A DNA stretch of 64,000 nucleotides from Escherichia phage RB3. The first letter of the stretch is position 1, and the number at the start of each line of letters is the position of its first letter. The stretch lies in the sequence record KM606994; one strand, written 5' to 3'. The notes below the pieces were generated by a model. That model was given only the letters and a program-made list of their open reading frames with translations. It had not been told where the DNA came from and did not search any database. A program made the translations under genes and the position numbers. Shown here piece by piece: positions 27,145-37,049 of this stretch.

Positions 27145-27682
27145 TTACTATTTCCAAAAGTTTATTATTTTTAAGATAATTAGCCTTTTCTAGGACTTCA
27201 GAAGCATATTTAGAACCAGCTTTAACATTCCATCCCGAATTATAAGAGGATATTGCTTTTCTTATATCTCCCTTGTGTATATTTAACCAATAAGAAAGTT
27301 CAATGTACGCCCAGGAAGCTGAATTGGATCGTTTATTCAACATTCTTTTTATTTCAGCATCGGTCATATTATAACCAAGTTCCTTAACTCTCGCTCGCAT
27401 AGTAGGCAAATAATTTTGGAACATTCCGTAGGCGTGATGCTTTGGTTTAGATTTTAAATTAACTCCGCCAGAGCTTTCTTGCCATAAAATAGCAGCCATT
27501 ATATGACCTAATCCGCTCTTGTGGATATTTTTGTGTGTTTTATATTTTCCATCCTTAGAAAATTGTTCCCCGAATTGATACGCGTAACGCATGTTATCGA
27601 GTTGGACATTACTGAAAGTATGCTCGGAGCTATGTGCCATCATTGAAATGGCCAATAGACCAGCGAGTAGTGCTTTTCTCAT
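27137..27682 (-). CDS. Lytic transglycosylase-like protein (SLT domain) with signal peptide
   Basis: 181 aa; signal peptide plus SLT-like ILWQESSGG and AYGMFQ motifs. Confidence 0.6.
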   Translation of the reverse strand: MRKALLAGLLAISMMAHSSEHTFSNVQLDNMRYAYQFGEQFSKDGKYKTHKNIHKSGLGHIMAAILWQESSGGVNLKSKPKHHAYGMFQNYLPTMRARVKELGYNMTDAEIKRMLNKRSNSASWAYIELSYWLNIHKGDIRKAISSYNSGWNVKAGSKYASEVLEKANYLKNNKLLEIVND

Positions 27683-27689
27683 GCTTACC

Positions 27690-28151
27690 TCATTGAGTTT
27701 TAATTACTGCTTTAGAAGCCTTTCCTGGTAAACGACGACTGTTAATAATTGCCATCCTGCATTGAAGCGACGGGTCTTTGAACTTCGCATTAGGTTTACA
27801 AACTGTAAATCCAAGCCAAAGATTTCCATCTGTGATTTCTAAACGTCCAGGACGATATTCAACCCCATCAATAAAATCCTCGTCAATGTCAGGACGCGGA
27901 GGCATACTCAGGGATTCATTAACTTCTAAAACATGGTCTTTTATTTTATGGAATAATTCAAAAACATATGTCTCATCAATCTCCCGTTGAATTGCGCGAT
28001 CAAGAAGATGTTGAGAATATTTTAGATGAAACGATGAGACTCCTGCTGCTTTTGATGCCTCACGAATCTCATTGTTAATTTGACGAAACTCCGACTCAAA
28101 GTGACGACGAAGCTTATTTCGACGGATAAAAACTTCTGTATTGATAGTCAT
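27690..28151 (-). CDS. regB: Endoribonuclease RegB
   Basis: 153 aa; sequence (MTINTEVFIRRNKLRRHFESEFRQINNEIREASKAAG...) matches my memory of T4 RegB. Confidence 0.85.
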   Translation of the reverse strand: MTINTEVFIRRNKLRRHFESEFRQINNEIREASKAAGVSSFHLKYSQHLLDRAIQREIDETYVFELFHKIKDHVLEVNESLSMPPRPDIDEDFIDGVEYRPGRLEITDGNLWLGFTVCKPNAKFKDPSLQCRMAIINSRRLPGKASKAVIKTQ

Positions 28152-28178
28152 GTTATTCTCCTCTTAACTGATAGAAAA

Positions 28179-28208
28179 ATTATACCACAGTCAAGAGGAA
28201 AAGTAAAC
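28179..28208 (-). promoter_or_regulatory. T4-type early promoter upstream of regB
   Basis: Minus strand GTTTAC-spacer-TGGTATAAT. Confidence 0.65.
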
Positions 28209-28210
28209 AG

Positions 28211-28489
28211 TTATTCTTTAAATCTGATCAATTTATTCATAGACTTTGAAACTTCTGCACGAACCTCATGTAGATTTTTGAGCTGTTCAAGACGCTGCGC
28301 ATAGTAAGCAATTTCATCTTCTTCGAGACAGTCCTGTGAATCTTCTTTAAGATAACGCGCATAGTCCTGGAAAGCATTACGAATTACTTCTTGGAAGTCA
28401 TCAAGACTTTGAATTTTCTTAGGAGCAGCAGATACACGACGAGGGGCAGTATAATACTCATAACCAAACCCTGCGCTTAATTGAGCCAT
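28211..28489 (-). CDS. Hypothetical small acidic protein
   Basis: Start at the internal Met ([13 protein letters not shown]...), coupled to the upstream stop. Confidence 0.45.
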   Translation of the reverse strand: MAQLSAGFGYEYYTAPRRVSAAPKKIQSLDDFQEVIRNAFQDYARYLKEDSQDCLEEDEIAYYAQRLEQLKNLHEVRAEVSKSMNKLIRFKE

Positions 28490-28791
28490 TAGTATTTTTC
28501 CTCTGGTTGGAACACAGCACGGCAAGCCCACATACTGGCTTCTTTGAGTTTCGTTTTAGCAATAGTTAACTGATCGAGGCTTTCAGCATAATTCTTCGCG
28601 AGTTCATCATCTTCACAGCTATCGAATGCTTCCCAGAATTCATCGTATAAAGCATCAAAGATAAGTCCTAAACGAACTTCAGCGTCTTTGATAGCATTCA
28701 CTTTACCGATTTTCTCTTCAGTATGCGGCTTATAACCTTTAATGTCTTCAATCATATTTGACTTCCTCACCAGTACATAAATCATATTCAA
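28489..28791 (-). CDS. Hypothetical small acidic protein
   Basis: 100-aa ORF; start uncertain (three in-frame Met). Confidence 0.45.
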   Translation of the reverse strand: MNMIYVLVRKSNMIEDIKGYKPHTEEKIGKVNAIKDAEVRLGLIFDALYDEFWEAFDSCEDDELAKNYAESLDQLTIAKTKLKEASMWACRAVFQPEEKY

Positions 28792-28969
28792 CTAAACGAA
28801 TAGGTTCATGAATGCCATATCCTTGAACAGAAATTTCTGTTGTAGGATAAATTCCATCAATATCACCCATATTCCAGGCTTCATTAAATTGCTGTTCGCC
28901 TGAATTACTAAACCACTCGGCGAAAGCATTTAGCACATCTTTAGAACCTTCAATAATTATCTTTGCCAT
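28748..28969 (-). CDS. Hypothetical small acidic protein
   Basis: 73-aa ORF coupled to the upstream gene. Confidence 0.45.
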   Translation of the reverse strand: MAKIIIEGSKDVLNAFAEWFSNSGEQQFNEAWNMGDIDGIYPTTEISVQGYGIHEPIRLVEYDLCTGEEVKYD

Positions 28970-29331
28970 TACAGACTCTCAGTAAAGGTACGAGCGATAA
29001 CGTCGCGCTGCTGTTCCGGAGTCAGAGAGTTAAAGCGAACTGCATAACCTGATACACGGATGGTCAGCTGCGGATATTTTTCCGGATGCTTAACTGCATC
29101 TTCCAGAGTTTCGCGACGCAGAACGTTAACGTTCAGGTGTTGACCACCTTCAATTTTAACTGTAGGTTGTGTTTCAATTTCAATTTCACGGGCATGCAAA
29201 CCGTAGAAAATTTCTGGGTCTACAAAAGAGTCCTCTTTAAAAGTTTTAGAGACAATAATTCGTGCTTGAATACCATCTTCAAAATAAATAGTACCTTTGT
29301 GTGTGCCTTCAAGAATTTGATATGCTTTCAT
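28969..29331 (-). CDS. Autonomous glycyl-radical cofactor (GrcA/YfiD-like)
   Basis: 120 aa; C-terminal ...[33 protein letters not shown] contains the RVSGY glycyl-radical motif. Confidence 0.8.
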   Translation of the reverse strand: MKAYQILEGTHKGTIYFEDGIQARIIVSKTFKEDSFVDPEIFYGLHAREIEIETQPTVKIEGGQHLNVNVLRRETLEDAVKHPEKYPQLTIRVSGYAVRFNSLTPEQQRDVIARTFTESL

Positions 29332-29338
29332 ATAAACC

Positions 29339-29719
29339 TCAATTAGAAAATAAATTTATCCAAGATTGTTCTTTAATTAAAAACGGCTCAGAATCATATG
29401 CCATTAAACTCTGTGTGATTAGTCCTTTAAAAGGACCATCAATAAATTCCATGGTAAAATATGGAATTTTATTCATTAGCCGTGCATTAGGAGCAGTACA
29501 CAAAACTCTGCATCCTTTGAATACGCCTTTTTGTAATTTGTATTGCTTGGGATAAAATTCGCTCAAAATGTTATTATTTGCTAAAATTTCAAAATGATTC
29601 ACCAATTTATTTTTAATAGTTTTTGGCGAAAAATAAAGATATTCGAAAAGCTGAGTGTCTGTCATCATTGCATTCCGATTACGAAAAACTGTGGACGAGT
29701 AATACCACCAATACAACAT
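29339..29719 (-). CDS. Hypothetical protein, possibly the C-terminal half of a split P-loop gene
   Basis: 126-aa ORF overlapping the P-loop ORF by 55 nt in another frame. Confidence 0.35.
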   Translation of the reverse strand: MLYWWYYSSTVFRNRNAMMTDTQLFEYLYFSPKTIKNKLVNHFEILANNNILSEFYPKQYKLQKGVFKGCRVLCTAPNARLMNKIPYFTMEFIDGPFKGLITQSLMAYDSEPFLIKEQSWINLFSN

Positions 29720-30207
29720 TTAATATTACAGCAGCAGTGTACAGTGTCAATATGGACACTATAAATCTTATCCATATCAGGAGATTTGACAGGCTCATCA
29801 ATTATATACAAAATTCGCGAAAGCGATAAACCTCTGAACTTGCTTCCTTTATTACCTATAAAACTGCGCACAGAATCAGTAAATAAACGAAAACGTATAT
29901 CATCATTAGAATAACGCGAAAATTCCTTTTTAATGTTATTTGCAGAAATTTTAGCGTAAGCTGAAGTATTAGAAAGAACAATAACTGTTCCGCCATCATA
30001 CAGCCAATTAGCGGCAAAGTTAGTCACAGCAATTGATTTACCGGATTGACGTCCACCATCTATACGAAGTGTGCAGTACTCTTTAAATAAATGTAATGAA
30101 TAAGGTACATGAAATCCACTATTACAAATTTCTTCTACTCTAGCATCAGAATGGTGTGTAAAAGCATTCATCAGGGATAGATAAGGACCAGTTAAAAATG
30201 TTCTCAT
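29665..30207 (-). CDS. P-loop NTPase-like protein (possibly truncated or frameshifted)
   Basis: 180 aa; Walker A GGRQSGKS, Walker B-like LYIIDEP; the last ~20 residues are low-complexity and Cys-rich. Confidence 0.5.
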   Translation of the reverse strand: MRTFLTGPYLSLMNAFTHHSDARVEEICNSGFHVPYSLHLFKEYCTLRIDGGRQSGKSIAVTNFAANWLYDGGTVIVLSNTSAYAKISANNIKKEFSRYSNDDIRFRLFTDSVRSFIGNKGSKFRGLSLSRILYIIDEPVKSPDMDKIYSVHIDTVHCCCNIKCCIGGITRPQFFVIGMQ

Positions 30208-30349
30208 TTTATTCTCTCTAGGTTTGGGCCATTCCGGTGGCGCATGAATTGTCCATTTCTGTATTTACCCATTACCGCACTTGGGCTCGACCTTATTACA
30301 GGTTGGCGGGAATCCCTCATAGAATCATGAGGTCCAGGTTGTTCCCATA

Positions 30350-30823
30350 TTATTTGAACGATTTAACGTACTGAATAGAACCTTTACTATTCACGAAAGC
30401 GATTTTACCATTTTTATTATACATGGTAGCAGTACGCTGATAGCCATAAGTTTGCTTACCAGATTGATAACCAACTAATGCAAAATTATCTTCACCCATT
30501 TTATTCTGTTTAGCGCGAATGCGTTCATGACCATGCGCCATAAGAACCTTAGCATCACCAGTTGCAATGGATCGACGAGTTTTTTCATCTTCAACTGTAT
30601 TAACAAAGTCGTCAAATGAATCAAATTTAGCATGAGATTTATTATACAGTTTTCCATCTACTGCATAATTATATCCCTGTACATCCATCTCAACTTCTGT
30701 ACCATCATCCAGTACAGCAGTGATTTTCTGTCCTTTTTTAAATTTCAAAAGATCAGTAAAAGATTCAGCAATAATTTGAGAATTAATAGCTGCTTCAGTA
30801 ATAAATTCTTGATATGTTTTCAT
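30350..30823 (-). CDS. Internal protein (IPIII-like) with capsid-targeting N-terminus
   Basis: 157 aa; N-terminal MKTYQEFITE, the T4 internal-protein targeting/cleavage signature. Confidence 0.6.
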   Translation of the reverse strand: MKTYQEFITEAAINSQIIAESFTDLLKFKKGQKITAVLDDGTEVEMDVQGYNYAVDGKLYNKSHAKFDSFDDFVNTVEDEKTRRSIATGDAKVLMAHGHERIRAKQNKMGEDNFALVGYQSGKQTYGYQRTATMYNKNGKIAFVNSKGSIQYVKSFK

Positions 30824-30917
30824 GTGTATCCTTTAAATGTAAATATTTTAATTAATAATTTATCTCTTCAAGTAACTGTGAATATACTATCACAATTCTA
30901 GGAGAAAGTAAATAACT

Positions 30918-31886
<969 letters not shown>

Positions 31887-31905
<19 letters not shown>

Positions 31906-32375
31906 TCAGTGATAAAGTTATTTAAATTTTGAGTATATTTCTTTTCATCAAAAATCTTTTGTTGTCTGCGTAGCCGCCATGGCATTTCAATGAACGTGTA
32001 CCATATCCCAGATAATATTGCTGCTGTAAAAATATTAACAAGTATGGTTAAAAGAATCCAATCTCCTATTCTGTCTATTGGATTTTTTATAAAAAAGTAA
32101 AATACGAATGATGTCACAGGAAGACTAATAATATACCACAGAATCATAATTTTATCTGTGAACCAATCAGCGTTCGTTAACTTAGCGCGACCATTATGAA
32201 TACACACGAATTTATCATCTGTTATAATAGATGGCTTAGCTGCTTGATATCCCATTCTAAACTCCCTAATCAACAAATTTTTCATATCTTCGGAACAACC
32301 ATTCCAGTCAACTCTATCAACTGAAATGCCATCATCCCCATCATCTAAATCATACCAGCGAGTTTTTAAAATCAT
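31887..32375 (-). CDS. Membrane protein, paralog 1 of a three-gene family
   Basis: 162 aa; two hydrophobic helices; C-terminal tail ...FITECRKLK. Confidence 0.55.
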
Positions 32376-32734
32376 TTAATTTTCCTACAATCACTCACAA
32401 ACTCTTCCATTGATTCTTTTTCAATATAAGACATGTAGCTATTATATTCTTTTAATTGTATTTTGTAATCTTTTTTTCTTTGCCAATTTATTTTAAAATT
32501 ATCATAATGAAAATATAACATGGTACCAAAGAATGAAAATAATGAAATAATTTTAGTATAGTGAAGTTCACTCCAAACTTCTATTATATTTACTGTGCCG
32601 TCAATGTTTAAAATAAGACAGTCAATTAACAATCCAAAAAGACTACCCGCAAGAGCTGCAGCCAACGCCACAGCAAAAATTAAAAATGACTCAGGAAGCG
32701 AATATTTGACTTTATTTAGTTTTGGCTTTTGCAT
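32372..32734 (-). CDS. Membrane protein, paralog 2
   Basis: 120 aa; hydrophobic helices; C-terminal tail ...FVSDCRKIK. Confidence 0.55.
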   Translation of the reverse strand: MQKPKLNKVKYSLPESFLIFAVALAAALAGSLFGLLIDCLILNIDGTVNIIEVWSELHYTKIISLFSFFGTMLYFHYDNFKINWQRKKDYKIQLKEYNSYMSYIEKESMEEFVSDCRKIK

Positions 32735-33108
32735 CGTGATTCCTTAACAAATTTCATAATTTCATCAAATTCATACGCAGCAAGTTTAAGCTGATGTTCC
32801 TTTTTAATCTTTTTACACTGTGCTTTCCAATCACGTACGCGTTTACGATAATGCCTTCCTTGATACCAGTATCCTACCCAATTTACAGGTACTAATAAAA
32901 ATGGAACTATCATTGGAAGAATTAGTGTTGACGCAAATATTATATTAGATTCAATATTAGTCATAACATCTATAACTATTCCAACCCCCAGTAGAATTAC
33001 AAATGATACAGCTATTACAGGACCTATTAATACATCAGTAGAAATTATCTGACGCTTTAATTCATACTTTAAGGGTTTACTTGGAAGATACATTGATGGC
33101 TTTGACAT
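32716..33108 (-). CDS. Membrane protein, paralog 3
   Basis: 130 aa; hydrophobic helices; C-terminal tail ...FVKESRCKSQN. Confidence 0.55.
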   Translation of the reverse strand: MSKPSMYLPSKPLKYELKRQIISTDVLIGPVIAVSFVILLGVGIVIDVMTNIESNIIFASTLILPMIVPFLLVPVNWVGYWYQGRHYRKRVRDWKAQCKKIKKEHQLKLAAYEFDEIMKFVKESRCKSQN

Positions 33109-33685
33109 ATTCTCTGCATTCCTTCACAAATTTTTCTAGTAATAAATCGCTTTCAAAATTGGGATTTTCTACGAATTTATCAAAAAGATCATCAACAATA
33201 GTTAAGATATTCTTTTTACTAAGAATACGTTTATTTTCATGCTTCGTTTCAGAATCAACTATAAGAGTAAAGAAATATTTCTTTCCCTGAAATTTTACCG
33301 TAGTATCAATATAGAATAAATTTGACTTTTGTAAGTTACGTTTAAACCATGCGTCACTTAAACTATAAACGCCAAGATAATCATAATCGTCGTTTAAATA
33401 ACAAACTGTCCATTCAGGAGAAATGAAATCAGTAAATTCAACATCAAAATCACACGTCAATGAATGAATTGATTCAATACTGTTAATAAGTATTCCAGGA
33501 CGTATTAAAGACTTTTTACCTCTGGAAAATCTTCCAGAAAGACTTTCATCAGTTTCATATGAAGAACCCCAATAATAATTACGTCCTTCTGCCATACGTT
33601 TAAGAGCATGTAGTAATTGGTCTGGAACATCAACCTGTCTTTGGAACTCTTCAAACATTGAATTGAAATCACTTTGCATTTTCAT
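33077..33685 (-). CDS. Hypothetical protein
   Basis: 202-aa ORF. Confidence 0.5.
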   Translation of the reverse strand: MKMQSDFNSMFEEFQRQVDVPDQLLHALKRMAEGRNYYWGSSYETDESLSGRFSRGKKSLIRPGILINSIESIHSLTCDFDVEFTDFISPEWTVCYLNDDYDYLGVYSLSDAWFKRNLQKSNLFYIDTTVKFQGKKYFFTLIVDSETKHENKRILSKKNILTIVDDLFDKFVENPNFESDLLLEKFVKECREYVKAINVSSK

Positions 33686-33716
33686 TCCTATTTACTCCAA
33701 GTAATAGGGGCCGAAG

Positions 33717-33730
33717 CCCCTTATCATTAT
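33717..33730 (-). promoter_or_regulatory. Intercistronic C(UUCG)G hairpin
   Basis: Plus strand ggggccgaagcccc. Confidence 0.55.
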
Positions 33731-34320
33731 TTCAGAGAATTAATGTATTCCTGAACATCGGCAGAAGTAGTTTCAACCCCAGAAATATTACCATTAAAGG
33801 TTTCAACTCGAGCAAGAGTATCTTCAATATCAACCTTAGTCAGCGCTGCAATTTCAACTACATCATCGGCAGTACTAATTCCAAGTGCATTCGCTGCTCG
33901 AGTTTCACGGATATATTCCAATTTAACTGCAAGTTCTTGGCGAGCATCATCCAATTCAACTACTTTCTTGGCGATTTCAATTCGCATTTCAGCATACCCA
34001 TCAGCTTTAGTAGTTAACTGTTCAGCTGTTCGACGATATAGCAAGCCGAGTTTAGCATGCATTGTTACATCTTGACCTTCGGAAAGAAGCTTGCGAATTT
34101 CACGCTCTTTTGATTCGGCTTGCCGATTCTTTTCAACAATAAGTTCACGAATACGTTTTTCTTCATTAATAGATTTAATAGAAGCAGTTTTTAGATCTTT
34201 AATTTTATCAAGCAGTTTTGCTGCTGCGGCAGTATACTGTTCTTCAACAGATAGATTTTTAGCCATAGCAGAACCAAGTTTAGTGCGAATAAACTCAACA
34301 ATTTTCTTCAGTGTGTTCAT
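33727..34320 (-). CDS. PspA/IM30-like coiled-coil protein
   Basis: 197 aa, predicted almost entirely helical; overall pattern resembles the phage-shock protein A family (from memory, no search). Confidence 0.4.
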   Translation of the reverse strand: MNTLKKIVEFIRTKLGSAMAKNLSVEEQYTAAAAKLLDKIKDLKTASIKSINEEKRIRELIVEKNRQAESKEREIRKLLSEGQDVTMHAKLGLLYRRTAEQLTTKADGYAEMRIEIAKKVVELDDARQELAVKLEYIRETRAANALGISTADDVVEIAALTKVDIEDTLARVETFNGNISGVETTSADVQEYINSLK

Positions 34321-34609
34321 AGTATTTCCTTAGGTTAATTAAGATTTAAAATCCATGAGAGTATTATACTCCGGATAGTTTGTAAACTATTTCAACATCG
34401 CCTTTTGCTGCTTTATAACCTTCAGCCCAAGATACAACCGAGTTTTTATCTGAAGATTCAAATTCTGGCATTGGGCTTTCGCCAATGTTCACACAGTATG
34501 TTTCTTCATTTTCGTCAAACCAAATAATTAAAGTAGTCATTTATTTCTCCGTTTTCTGTATTTGTTTTGATAAGTCTATAATAACACCGTCCTTGGCGTT
34601 TGTACACAA

Positions 34610-34885
34610 TTATTTCATATTATTGAAATATTCTTCTGCGATTTCATCGTTATCATGGTAAACTTTAGAAGACAGTTTAACATAACCTTCAGCAGTGAAC
34701 ATGTTAATCACAACCTTTACAGTATACCACTGACCATCTTCATTACCCATTACTGCGTAAGTTTCAAACATCGGATGGTCAGGACCGATAACTTTAATAT
34801 CATTCACTGTACGACCAAAATCTTCTGAAACACATTTCATAAAGAAGTTGAACAGTTCGCCGTAATTATCCATTTTATTCTCCAA
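34610..34885 (-). CDS. Hypothetical protein
   Basis: 91-aa ORF downstream of the promoter cassette. Confidence 0.5.
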   Translation of the reverse strand: MENKMDNYGELFNFFMKCVSEDFGRTVNDIKVIGPDHPMFETYAVMGNEDGQWYTVKVVINMFTAEGYVKLSSKVYHDNDEIAEEYFNNMK

Positions 34886-34900
34886 GTTGTTTTCTGTATC

Positions 34901-34946
34901 AGTAGTTGATAGTTGTATAGTACCATGGAAGAACAGGGATGTAAAC
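34901..34946 (-). promoter_or_regulatory. Early promoter cassette
   Basis: Plus strand agtagttgatagttgtatagtacca ... gtaaac. Confidence 0.6.
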
Positions 34947-35084
34947 AGTTTTGTGAAAAAATTTTTAAAAAGTTTTAGGGAATTCTAGGGCGGGGAGGGG
35001 CAATTAAAAGATAGGATAATATATTATAAAGGATATAAACTAAATGATGCCTAGAGAGACAAGGAAAGGCCTAGATACCAAAAA

Positions 35085-35106
35085 GCCCCAACCTTTCGGT
35101 CGGGGC
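35085..35106 (-). terminator. Intrinsic terminator downstream of the tRNA/small-RNA cluster
   Basis: Minus strand GCCCCGACC-GAAA-GGUUGGGGC followed by UUUU. Confidence 0.55.
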
Positions 35107-35109
35107 TAA

Positions 35110-35420
35110 GCCTTGCGGCAACCTTGTCGGGGTTCCACCTGCTAAGGCAAGTGTTTGTACGAAACGCCGGGATTCGAACCCGGTTATTAAGCAGTTGACG
35201 CTACTCAATATTTTTAAAAGGCCATATCTCGACCATATCCGAACGTTCCGTCAAAAACGCTACTCGGCTTACGGCAAAGATATTTCCTCGAATCGATAAT
35301 TTGGTGCGCCGTTTCTGCTGTGATATAAGGGGGCATTAACAAAACATAAAGATTTATTAATGCCAGTCCTTAAACAGGGAACATCAGTCCGACGACTTGC
35401 CGGTAGCGACCCGGCTTCTT
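35110..35420 (-). ncRNA. Candidate stable small RNA(s) downstream of tRNA-Arg (band C/D-like)
   Basis: No ORF; tRNA-like T-arm CCGGGTTCGAATCCCGG at ~35165-35181, a CCA-ended hairpin near 35300-35340; boundaries not determined. Confidence 0.3.
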
Positions 35421-35423
35421 GTC

Positions 35424-35499
35424 TGGTCGAGGCAGTAGGGATCGAACCTACGACCCAGGACTTAGAAGGTCCTTGCTCTTCCTTCTGAGCTATGCCTCG
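35424..35499 (-). tRNA. tRNA-Arg (anticodon UCU)
   Basis: Hand-folded cloverleaf; anticodon loop CUUCUAA; CCA encoded. Confidence 0.8.
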
Positions 35500-35503
35500 T
35501 ATT

Positions 35504-35578
35504 TGGCGGACGTGATAGGATTCGAACCTATAACCAATCGCTTAACAGGCGATCGCTCTGCCATTGAGCTACACATCC
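35504..35578 (-). tRNA. tRNA-Asn (anticodon GUU)
   Basis: Hand-folded cloverleaf; anticodon loop CUGUUAA; CCA encoded. Confidence 0.7.
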
Positions 35579-35582
35579 AAAT

Positions 35583-35669
35583 TGGTGGGGAGTGATGGAG
35601 TCGAACCACCCGAGTCGCAATGACAATGGATTTACAGTCCACACCGCTACCTCTACGGGATAACTCCCC
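35583..35669 (-). tRNA. tRNA-Tyr (anticodon GUA), long variable arm
   Basis: 87 nt; anticodon loop CUGUAAA; T-arm GGTGG-TTCGACT-CCATC; CCA encoded. Confidence 0.65.
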
Positions 35670-35678
35670 TAATTAATT

Positions 35679-35753
35679 TGGTGGCCCTGGGTGGAATTGA
35701 ACCACCATCTGGCGATTATGAGTCGCTTGCTTGAACCTTCCAGCTACAGGGCC
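35679..35753 (-). tRNA. tRNA with CAU anticodon (Met or Ile2)
   Basis: Anticodon loop CUCAUAA; acceptor GGCCCTG/CAGGGCC; CCA encoded. Confidence 0.65.
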
Positions 35754-35754
35754 T

Positions 35755-35830
35755 TGGCGCTGATTGACGGAATCGAACCGCCGACATCCTCATTACAAGT
35801 GAGGTGCTCTACCTACTGAGCTAAATCAGC
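35755..35830 (-). tRNA. tRNA-Thr (anticodon UGU)
   Basis: Anticodon loop CUUGUAA; CCA encoded. Confidence 0.8.
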
Positions 35831-35835
35831 AAAAC

Positions 35836-35925
35836 TGGCGGAGGCGATAGGATTTGAACCTATGAGTCGCCGGAGCGACTGCCGGTTTTCAAGACCGGTG
35901 CATTAAACCACTCTGCCACGCCTCC
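35836..35925 (-). tRNA. tRNA-Ser (anticodon UGA), long variable arm
   Basis: 90 nt; anticodon loop CUUGAAA; CCA encoded. Confidence 0.8.
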
Positions 35926-35927
35926 AG

Positions 35928-36001
35928 TCTCCATACAAGGATTTGAACCTTGGACCTCCTGATCCCAAATCAGGCGCTCTACCAAACTGAGCTACACGGA
36001 G
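35928..36001 (-). tRNA. tRNA-Pro (anticodon UGG)
   Basis: Anticodon loop UUUGGGA; CCA not encoded. Confidence 0.75.
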
Positions 36002-36011
36002 TAAATTAAAT

Positions 36012-36085
<74 letters not shown>

Positions 36086-36090
36086 AAATT

Positions 36091-36177
36091 TGGTGCGAGA
36101 AGTGGGACTCGAACCCACAAGGAAATCATTCCGCAGCATTTTAAGTGCTGTGCCTTTACCAATTTGACCATTCTCGC
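36091..36177 (-). tRNA. tRNA-Leu (anticodon UAA), long variable arm
   Basis: 87 nt; anticodon loop CUUAAAA; CCA encoded. Confidence 0.8.
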
Positions 36178-36179
36178 GC

Positions 36180-36251
36180 TGGGAATAAAGGACTCGAACC
36201 TTTGCATCCTGGAATCAAAATCCAGTGCCTTACCAACTTGGCTAATTCCCA
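36180..36251 (-). tRNA. tRNA-Gln (anticodon UUG)
   Basis: Anticodon loop UUUUGAU; CCA not encoded. Confidence 0.75.
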
Positions 36252-36348
36252 ATTATTAACAAAGGCTCTCTAACAAGAACCCTTGATGATAGAGGGTATT
36301 AATCAGTGCGGTATGAGTTAATAATAACAAATAATTCTTAAAGCATAT

Positions 36349-36636
36349 TTACCATTTATGATAATACGTATTTACGATACATTCAAGACCCAAAGGATTC
36401 TTGAAAATATCATATTCAAGAGGACCTTTTTCTGTTTCAATAAAGAAATCAAAATTTACTATATTAAATTTACGGTCTTCCTTCACTAATTTAACCTGAG
36501 AAGATGAACGGTCAATGTAAACCTTTTCAACTTCAAAACATGTTAAAATGCCATAATCATCAATCAAGTCTTTAGCTGCTTCTTGATCATATTTATATCC
36601 ATTTTCAATGGATGATACTTTAGCATAAAGAATCAT
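36349..36636 (-). CDS. Hypothetical protein
   Basis: 95-aa ORF. Confidence 0.5.
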   Translation of the reverse strand: MILYAKVSSIENGYKYDQEAAKDLIDDYGILTCFEVEKVYIDRSSSQVKLVKEDRKFNIVNFDFFIETEKGPLEYDIFKNPLGLECIVNTYYHKW

Positions 36637-36638
36637 TA

Positions 36639-37049
36639 TCAGCCTCTATCAACGATAGTATGAGTATGGGCATTTACGATTTGCCACCAATCAAAGCGAT
36701 TGGAACCATAATCCGGTTTATTTTCATTTTCTTTAATGATATCACGTAGTTTATCTTCTGTTTCAGCATACGCAATTAAATCATCATATCCACCACAAGG
36801 ATAATAATTATCACCTGCAAATAAAAGAAAATTTACCTTAGATGGATTTACGTAATAATGATCTTTAGGGTATTTAGTTCCTCTCCAATCAGTTACTTCA
36901 ACATAACGATAAGAAAATCCATTTTTGCTTTCAATCCAACTCCACGCTTCAAAAGGAGTATTAAAAACTTTATCAGGTATTAAATTACCTTCAAAATGAG
37001 AAGGATTTGCATAATCCCCAGCATAAACATAATATTCGTTAATACTCAT
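36639..37049 (-). CDS. Hypothetical protein
   Basis: 136-aa ORF, rich in Tyr/Trp/Asp. Confidence 0.5.
   Translation of the reverse strand: MSINEYYVYAGDYANPSHFEGNLIPDKVFNTPFEAWSWIESKNGFSYRYVEVTDWRGTKYPKDHYYVNPSKVNFLLFAGDNYYPCGGYDDLIAYAETEDKLRDIIKENENKPDYGSNRFDWWQIVNAHTHTIVDRG

Noticed and set aside
30475-30657. 60-aa minus-strand ORF
   Set aside because: Embedded out of frame inside the ipIII-like gene.
34960-35080. G-rich stretch (ctagggcggggaggggc) as a possible G-quadruplex or regulatory element
   Set aside because: A single short run between a terminator and a promoter with no repetition or partner motifs; insufficient evidence for any function.
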